The notes below the pieces were generated by a model that was not told the origin of the DNA, searched no databases, and was given only the letters and a program-made list of their open reading frames with translations. Below are positions 13,227 through 21,624 of a stretch of DNA of 64,000 bases, one piece after another. The DNA comes from Antedon mediterranea (lineage: Eukaryota > Animalia > Echinodermata), in the NCBI RefSeq assembly GCF_964355755.1, contig NC_092678.1, positions 2,744,422-2,808,421 on the forward strand, in the 5' to 3' direction. The position numbers and the translations under genes are program-made. How positions within the stretch are numbered: the first letter of the stretch is position 1; every line of letters starts with the position of its first letter.

Positions 13227-13968
13227 TATATTAATTATTTGTTCATTTATTTTCAGACAGTCTTTCTTAGTGGTCTAACAAGAAGAAGATGGTGGTAAAT
13301 TCAGTATGATCCTGCCAAGCTGGCTTAACACAAACCTAGATTGACTGCAAATTGATGATACCACCAGCGGTGAGTTTAAAGCTATATTTTTTTTTGTCAT
13401 GTATATAACTGCATATGCAGTTAGTTTTTAAAAAAACCGAAGAATATATTGATATTGAGGGCGAGGAGGGTAATTTATCATTATCTATAGAGAAATGTGA
13501 ATAGTAGTTGGAAGATAAGAAGATGTTCAATTAAGACTAGAAGACTATTTCTACTACTAGTACTAGATGCTACTCAAGTTTCTTCTGCTGAAAATACAGG
13601 TATATAAAATAGTCAACTTGTTTATGATTATAAATAAACATGCGCATTCATTAAAGACCAGTTATAAACGTGAATTTCAGATATGAAATTTCGTTAAATA
13701 TACAAAAATAATTGTTGTCAGACTTAAATGTGGTCAAATATGGAATTTGGCCAAATTAAAAAAACCAGTCGGCCATTATAACAATAACTGTTGTCTTTCA
13801 ATAAAGTGATAACATTAACATTTTGTTTTCTTTTTTTAGCTTACGCAAGATTGGAGATGGGCAGCTTTATCTATTTATGTATTTATTTTTTTAAGCCGTC
13901 ATAAATTATAAATATAATTAATAAATAGTTAAAATAAATAGCATAAATTACCATTGTAATTAGCAAAT

Positions 13969-15277
13969 CCTCACTAGCAATGAACAAAGTAAGTGCAATT
14001 TTAAAATAATTATAAGTGCAAAAATATAAAGCATAAATGTTTTTTTTTGTTAATTGAAAAGCAACATTTTGTTTTCAAATTCTTAAAAAAACTAACTTTC
14101 TATTAATTTCATAGGGGTTTACTTGTCTCAGAATGTCAAGTGTAAATAAGCCCTGATACCATGGTTTTCATGGTATTCAAATTTACATTTATGTATTTCA
14201 ATTAATAATTAGTATAATTTAATGATTTGTTTTTGCTGGTGAGGTTCTTTTCTGTGTAAGGTGTATTAGCAAATCCTCATAAGCAATGAACAAAATAAGT
14301 GTACACCTTTTCGTTTACTTGAAAAACAAAATTTATTTTCAAATTTCATTTAAAAAAAATCAAATTTTACATAAATTTCATAGAGGTTTACTTGTCTCGG
14401 AATGTCAAGTGTAATCCCTGATGCCATGATTGTTTTTATTTTACATTTTTCTTTTCTTTCCGTTTTACATGGTATTAAAATTTAAAATGTTATACTTTAT
14501 AGCAAACAGTTGCATACAAATTTAATTTATTTAAATGTAAACATTTGTTTTTGCTAATGAGGTTCTTTTTTATTTTTCTCTTGGGTGCAATTGTAATTCA
14601 GAACCCCTCATTAGCAATGAATTTTGTCAATTGTCCTCCCAGATACCATTTATGTTTTATACATTTTTGTTTTTAAATGGTGTCGTAAAAATAAATGTAT
14701 TTCAAAGAAGCATATATTGTGTCTGCACAGTATGTATCAAAATTGTAAGTAAATTATGTTTGTTGGTATAAAGTTTGCGGTACACCACGTGTACTATTAG
14801 TTCTGAGTTGAGTTTCTCGACGCGAGGACGATGAAAGTATATTGATCGAAACGTCGAGAAACTCAACAGTTCTTTTCAGAACTAATACACGTGGTGTACC
14901 GCAAACTTTATATCAACATTTGATTTCGCCATGCAAACCTTAAAAAAATATAAATTATGTTTGCTAATGGGGTTCTGTTTGCTCTTGCCCTGGTCCTTCT
15001 GGTGCAATGTTTAGAGTTCAAATTGTGTACACTCATTAGCAATGAACAAAATAACTGTAATTTTATATTAATTTTTGGCTATTTAAAAAAATAATCCTGC
15101 AATAAAAGGCCATTTATATAATTTCAAATTTAATGTACCTACCCCTCAGGATGTATTCCCTTCTGTGGGTGTCAAGGAAATTGATACTATTTTCTATATT
15201 TTGTTCTGTTGTACATGGTATCGAAAGAAATTATTTAAAATTTAATACAAAATTGAAATTTGGTTTTGCTGATGAGT
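13969..15277 (+). repeat. Four tandem structured units of about 165-290 nt, each closed by a 12-bp stem
   Basis: Stems: 13969-13980/14233-14244, 14275-14286/14551-14562, 14606-14617/14961-14972 and 15031-15042/15266-15277. Each unit has an internal gat(a/g)c(c/t)at...atggt(a/g)t stem. Confidence 0.75.
14763..14950. mobile_element. Palindromic Penelope-like retroelement remnant with a degenerate hammerhead core
   Basis: About 55-bp inverted arms surround gacgatgaaagtatattgatcgaaacgtc. A 13-bp direct repeat TAAATTATGTTTG at 14750-14762 and 14951-14963 looks like a TSD. Confidence 0.6.
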
Positions 15278-15597
15278 TTTTTTTTTCTTTGTACAACTTT
15301 ACAAGTACTGTACTTGCGTGAATAAGCTGCCGTTTAAGAGAGTGCATACTTTGGAGATTCATGTTTAGTAAAAACATTCTATTTGTAAGCATTCTCTTTG
15401 AATTGCTCCTTTAGTACAAAAACATGTTTTTACTGCTTTTTGCCTATGGTTTTCCTACATCTCACAAAAATTTACTAATAATCTTAACATTATGAGTTCT
15501 TTTCGATAACATATATTCCTAAAAGTTGTCTACAAAATTGACGCAAGCACTATAAATTCTGCGTAATGATAGCAAGTACGGTAACTTGCATTATAAA

Positions 15598-15842
15598 AGG
15601 TGGGGGACATGGTTTAAAAAAGGTGGGGGGGGGGGGACATGGTTTAAAAAAAGGTGGGGGGGGGGGACATGGTTTAAAAAAGGTGGGGGGGGGGAGGGTT
15701 TAAAAAAGGTGGGGGGGGGGCATGGTTTAAAAAAGGTGGGGGGGGGGCATGGTTTAAAAAAGGTGGGGGGGCATGGTTTAAAAAAGGTGGGGGGGCATGG
15801 TTTAAAAAAGGTGGGGGGGCATGGTTTAAAAAAGGTGGGGGG
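15598..15842. repeat. G-run minisatellite, unit about (G)6-11CATGGTTTAAAAAAGGT, about 9 copies
   Basis: Directly visible tandem repeat with variable G-tract length, G-quadruplex prone. Confidence 0.9.
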
Positions 15843-17481
15843 ATCTATTTTAATTATGTAGGTATAAAATTGTTTTTAGCTGTGTTTGTTGATCACTTGG
15901 AATTGAAAAGAACCAATGGAAGGGTACCACACATTTTGATGATGTTAAATGGAGAGTTGCTGCATTATTTACAGATGGTTAAATGGTATGTCGCCAATAT
16001 TCAATCTTCATTTTGATTATAATTCATTGAATGTACAACTAGAATCGAACATTATTCTGCACAGTAAAGGAAAATGATGATGTTACCCTAAATAGTATCT
16101 GTAAAAACTAATATATTACAATCAATCAAGGTAGACAAGCCTAACCACTCCTGTTTGATACTCTGCTTGATTGAATTCATGATAACGGTTGAGACAGGGT
16201 AGCATAAAATGGACGCAAGAAATGCTTTTAAAACAACTGAACATTATTGAATAATTATTATGATTACTATTTATTATTGTATCTTTTTAGGTATGCACCA
16301 ATTGAAGACGACTTTCTATGAGAGACTTGGATCAGCCAGCAATTTCAAGATCAACAAACATTTACATATATAATTTCCATTGTAGAATTGTTCAGTGAAG
16401 TGGAATGAATCTTAATGTTCTTTAAATTTAATGAACAAAATTGACTAAATTGTAATTTTTGAAAATTATATATGAAAAACTTTTTCCAAATATTTACTAT
16501 TTCTTTATATTTTGTATCATTTTTCAAATATGAATAGCCTAAATTTTGTTTTGGCAATTGAACTTTTTGGATTTGTTTTGGTTTTTTAAACTTGAGTAGT
16601 TTTTTTTGTAATCACACTTAAAATTACAAATTTCAAACATAATTTTACATGATTTCGGTTGAATATTCTTATAATTCTATAAAATTGAATTCCACTTCAC
16701 TGTGTATATATTATATATTTATAGTTTATAAATGTAATTAGTTTCAGGTTTTTCGAACTCTAAACATTGTTACAAAAAAAGCACCCCTCTGCACACCCCC
16801 TGTGTGCTCCAACCACACCGATGGGTACCGGCCAGCTCGGCTGCACGGTGAATGCTTCTCGGGTCGTGTTCTTTGCTCCTGCTAATTGGTGAGTTTGTTT
16901 TGAGATTTTCTATGGAGGTTTTTGATACTTGTTTCATGTTCTATGTAATCTACATTTTGACCAAATGCTTGTGAGAGTCCTTTACAGTCCTTTGTGGTGT
17001 TGGCATTGTGGCGGTGGCACCATCATCAGTGTATGGGTTTGAAACTAGACAAATCAGGAGTTAAATAACCTAATAAACTGGTTTCAGTATGTTTTATGGT
17101 TCTGTTTTACAATTAAAATTTAATAACTCAAAAGACATTGCATGCATGTACAAACAAAAAATATTTTGGAACTTTGGTGGTTAGACAAACTCTGTGTGAT
17201 ACATTCCTCTTTGATCTGGCTAAGTAAGCAGGCAGGAAGTTATACAATACTATTCTCAAAGTGTGCTTGATATATTTATCTCAAAGATATGGTACCAATT
17301 TAATTTAATACAATCATATAATTTAGCTATAATCCTGTCTTTAAATTTAAAGTTGATAATTCACATTTTCACACATTACACACAATATAATTTATATTTT
17401 ACACTTTTTATATTTGCAACAAAAATATTAATATAAATTAGAAGTAAAAGTGTTTTTATACTGTTAGTATAATGTAAGAAT

Positions 17482-18388
17482 TGCCTGTAAGGGGCACTTT
17501 AAAACTTAGCTGCCTGTAAGGGGAAATTTAAAACTTAGCTGCGCGCCTGTAAGGGGCACTTTAAAACTTAGCTGCCTGTAAGGGGAAATTTAAAACTTAG
17601 CTGCCTGTAAGGGGAAATTTAAACCTTAGCTGCGCGCCTGTAAGGGGCACTTTAAAACTTAGCTGCCTGTAAAGGGAAATTTAAAACTTAGCTGCCTGTA
17701 AGGGGAAATTTAAAACTTAGCTGCCTGTAAGTGGAAATTTAAAACTTAGCTGCCTGTAAGTGGAAATTTAAATTTTAGCAACCTGTAAGGGGAAATTTAA
17801 AACTTAGCTGCTTGTAAGAGGAAACTTAAAACTTGGCTGCCTGTAAGGGGGAAATTTAAAACTTAGTTGACTGTAAGGGGAAATTTAAAACTTAGCTGCT
17901 TGTAAGAGGAAACTTAAAACTTGGCTGCCTGTAAGGGGGAAATTTAAAACTTAGTTGACTGTAAGGGGAAATTTAAAACTTGGCTGCCTGTAAGGGGAAA
18001 TCTAAACTTAGCTGCCTGTAAGGGGAAACTTAAAACTTAGCTGCCTGTAAGGGGAAATCTAAAACTTAGCTGCCTGTAAGGGGAAATCTAAAACTTAGGT
18101 GTCTGTAAAGGGAAATTTAAAACTTAGCTGCCTGTAAGGGGGACATTTAAAACTTAGTTGACTGTAAGGAGAAATCTAAAACTTAGCTGCCTGTAAGGGG
18201 AAATCTAAAACTTAGGTGTCTGTAAAGGGAAATTTAAAACTTAGCTGCCTGTAAGGGGGACATTTAAAACTTAGTTGACTGTAAGGAGAAATTTAAAACG
18301 TAGCTGCCTGTAAGGGAAATTTAAAACTTGGGTGCCTGTAAAGGGAAATTTATAACTTAGGTGATTGTAGGGGGAAATTTAAAACTTT
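17482..18388 (+). repeat. Tandem array 1, about 31 copies of a 29-30 bp unit (AAAACTTAGCTGCCTGTAAGGGGAAATTT)
   Basis: Directly visible. Copy number estimated from length divided by period. Confidence 0.95.
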
Positions 18389-18878
18389 GCTTTAATTTAT
18401 GAAGTAGATTTGCTGACCATTTACAGTACTCTAATTTTTTGTTGCAAATATAATAAAAACAATTTTATAAATACATAAATTAAACTCTGCATAAATGCAT
18501 AATTTATTTTGGTTCGCACAAATTCAAGGAGAAGTCTCATTGAGTATTTTGTAAAGCATCATTCATCATTCAAATGTATTTTCCACCAAAACAAACAACA
18601 ATGATAAATTACTGTAGCTAGGAATAGTTGTTTTAAAAAGCATTGATTGATTTAATTAACATTCAAAAATAAATTAAATGCACTCTTTTAGTGTCCTTAT
18701 AATTTGAATGAAGTTTCAAGTAGGATAAACCAGTTGATACAGTATGCAATAGGCAGACTAATAATATAAACTTTATTTGGGTGATGTAAATTATTTACAG
18801 CATTGACAATTTAATGCTTTGAATAGTTAAATTTAATAAATAAATTTAGGTGTATTTTTTATGTTTACGTCAGTTCAA

Positions 18879-19648
18879 TTTAAAACTTAGCTGCCCGTAA
18901 GGGGCTTTTAAAACTTAGCTGCCCGTAAGGGGCTATTAAAACTTAGCTGCCCGTAAGGGGCTATTAAAACTTGGCTGCCTGTAAGGGGCTATAAAAACTT
19001 AGCTGCCCGTAAGTGGCTATTAAAACTTGGCTGCCCGTAAGGGGCTTTTAAAACTAGGCTGCCCGTAAGGGGCTTTTAAAACGTAGCTGCCCGTAAGTGG
19101 CTATAAAAACTTAGCTGCTCGTAAGTGGCTATTAAAACATAGCTACCCGTAAGGTGCAATTAAAACTTAGCTGCCCGTATTAAGGGGCTATTAAAACTTA
19201 GCTGTCCGTAAGGTGCTATTAAAACTTAGCTGCCCGTAAGGGGCTATTAAAACTTAGCTGCCCTTAAGGTGCTATTAAAACTTAATTGCCTGTTGGTGAC
19301 TTTTAAAACTTAGCTGCCCGTAAGGGGCTGTTCAAACTTAGGTGCCCGTAAGTGGCTATTCAAACTTGGTGCCCGTAAGGGGCTATTCAAACTTTGTTGC
19401 CAATAAGTGGCTTTTATAACTTTGCTGCCAGTAAGGGGCTATTCAAACTTGGGTGCCCATAATGGGCTATTCAAACTTAGGTGCCCGTAAGGGGCTATTC
19501 AAACTTGGGTGCCCGTAAAGGGCTATTCAAACTTAGGTGCCCGTAAGGGGCTATTCAAACTTTGCTGCCAGTAAGGGGCTATTCATACTTTGCTACCAGT
19601 AAGTGGCTATTCAAACTTTGCTGCCAGTAAGGGGCTTTTAAAACTTAG
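18879..19648 (+). repeat. Tandem array 2, about 27 copies of a 28 bp unit (AAAACTTAGCTGCCCGTAAGGGGCTATT)
   Basis: Directly visible. Same orientation and core as array 1, with a different 3' end of the unit. Confidence 0.95.
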
Positions 19649-20803
19649 TCACCAATGAGTGGTGAATTTATACTTAATAATATAATTTAATTAATATAAT
19701 TTAATTAGTATAATTGAATTACATTAAATTGAAATTGTAGCTTAATAGTTTGTTTTGGTTGAGTTTATACATACAGTGGTCTACACACAGTGAACACAAC
19801 ATGCACACAGTTGGTTACTACAAACATTAATAATAATAAAAAAATAAACAAACTTACACTAAAATAAATAATGGCTTCTCTTAAGATAGGAATAGTTGGT
19901 ACCGTATCTGAAGGGTAAATGAGTTGGGCAGTATAACAATTACACTGTGCTGTCCTGAAAACGAAGTCGTTGGGTTTGGTATTACCAGAGAGTCAACCTT
20001 ATTAAATTATATAATCCAAATTATGTACTGCACAATTTGTTTTCTTGAGCTAATTATAGGCATCAAAATTATTGACATCTAATTTTCGGAGACCAGTTTG
20101 GCTTTATTTTCCACAACAAGATTGGTTGCGTTTGTGTCGTGCGAAGCTATGACAAGCTTTGTTCAACATAAATGCGTCTAATTTGATGTTTTGGGAATTT
20201 AGTCTTAGAACCTTTTACCTTTTTTTTACTGTAAATATTAATATAAAATAACCTTTTGGCTAATGATATAGTCGAATGGATATCAAAACTACACAAATAT
20301 CAAATTCTATTAAAAATCATTTGTTTTTAATATATTATTTTATTAATAATGTTTGTTAAATACAGTATTAGTTCAATATCTAAATTTTAATATAAATATA
20401 TATTCAACTATTAATTCCTATGCTCACATATGCATATAATTCCACTCCTGAGAACGTCCGGTGTGCCCAGGGCGATTCCCTCATGTGTCAGCGTCCCTGC
20501 ATTGGAGTATTGGGTTCTCACTTGTGTTAAATGGTTTTTCTGTAGTTTACATTGAACTTTAATCGTTTTCGATTGAAGCTAGTGTCTTTGACTTTCTAGA
20601 TGTCTTGGAGCATTCTTGCAGCTTGGTGGTTGTGGCGGACATGACTTGGGGACATATTCAATGTGTAGTTGTGTGGGTTAACACTCATTGGTGTAGTGGG
20701 GCACATAGGGGGTGTTGCAGAGGGGTGCTTTTTTTTTGGCTCGAAAAATAAACACCACACACAATGTACATTTGTTTGTCTTTTATTAAAGTGGCTGACC
20801 ACC

Positions 20804-21137
20804 AACCGCCAGAGGGCGCCCTTTAAACTACTAGCCACAATGTAGAGGGCGCCCTCATCCAATAAAAAAAATCGGCGTAGGAGTCCCTACAGAGCCAATT
20901 TCCAACCAGATGAGGGCGCCTTTCACACAAACAACACTATAGAGGGCGCACTCCCATTAAAAAACGCCCTCACAAACGAAAAAAAAAATTGGCGTAGGAG
21001 TCCCTTACGAGACCTTTTTCCATCAGATGAGGGCACCCTTTTTGCCAATCACAATATAGAGGGCGCACTTTTTATAGAACGCCCTCATTTAATACAAACG
21101 ATAGTGCCACTTTTTTTTACGCCAAATGAGGGCGCTT
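20804..21137 (+). promoter_or_regulatory. Cluster of CTCF-like (A/T)GAGGGC(G/A)C motifs, partly within a roughly 120-bp duplication
   Basis: CCGCCAGAGGGCGCC at about 20806 fits the CTCF core, and six further partial copies follow. Confidence 0.5.
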
Positions 21138-21624
21138 TCCAGTGGCAGAAAAAGTAATCATTCATTCTACATACCTGTTACTGTTAGCCTTCTTTCTAGC
21201 TGCCAGTACAGCAACTTTTTTTCTTACCTTTACAAATATGCCTACCACTCTACCGCAATTAATAACAATATGCCTACCACTAAATAATAATTATATGCCT
21301 AAACTAAATCGTGTGAATATCTTAAAAGTATATTATCATATGCCAACCAGATTAAACAGTTTTAATAGATTAGAAAATAATAAAATGTGAAATCAGACGA
21401 TAAACAAGTATACATGCCTACATGACTAAAATACAGCATAGAAGATGTGAAATCAGATGATAACATGAAGTATATATATGCCTACCAGACTAAAATATGT
21501 GCAATCATAATGAACAGTTTATAAAAATAAATGCAAACAATTGATGCAATGCTGAAATTCATATGCCTATGACTAAAGATATAATATGCCAATACTAAAA
21601 CTTGAATAAAGTTAAAAAATAGAC

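Larger units (their letters stand above)
11852..20770 (+). ncRNA. Putative spliced, highly structured lncRNA 'A' (exons about 11852-11964, 13257-13369, 15880-15985, 16291 to about 20770; extra acceptor at 13839)
   Basis: Canonical GT-AG sites with pyrimidine tracts and only very short ATG-initiated ORFs across the junctions. The last exon has extensive G-U-compatible self-complementarity. AATAAA at 20747-20752 is followed by the GU-rich tttgtttgtctttt. Confidence 0.6.

Noticed and set aside
15586-15861. 91-aa Gly/Lys-rich ORF
   Set aside because: It is a translation of the G-run minisatellite, with a non-ATG start.
15882-16321. Spliced micro-ORF (MMLNGELLHYLQMVKWYAPIEDDFL)
   Set aside because: Only 25 codons from the first ATG, the upstream exon has an in-frame stop, and I recognise no homology. 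A micropeptide cannot be fully excluded.
17482-19648. CRISPR array
   Set aside because: Units are contiguous with no unique spacers, the context is eukaryotic and there are no cas genes.
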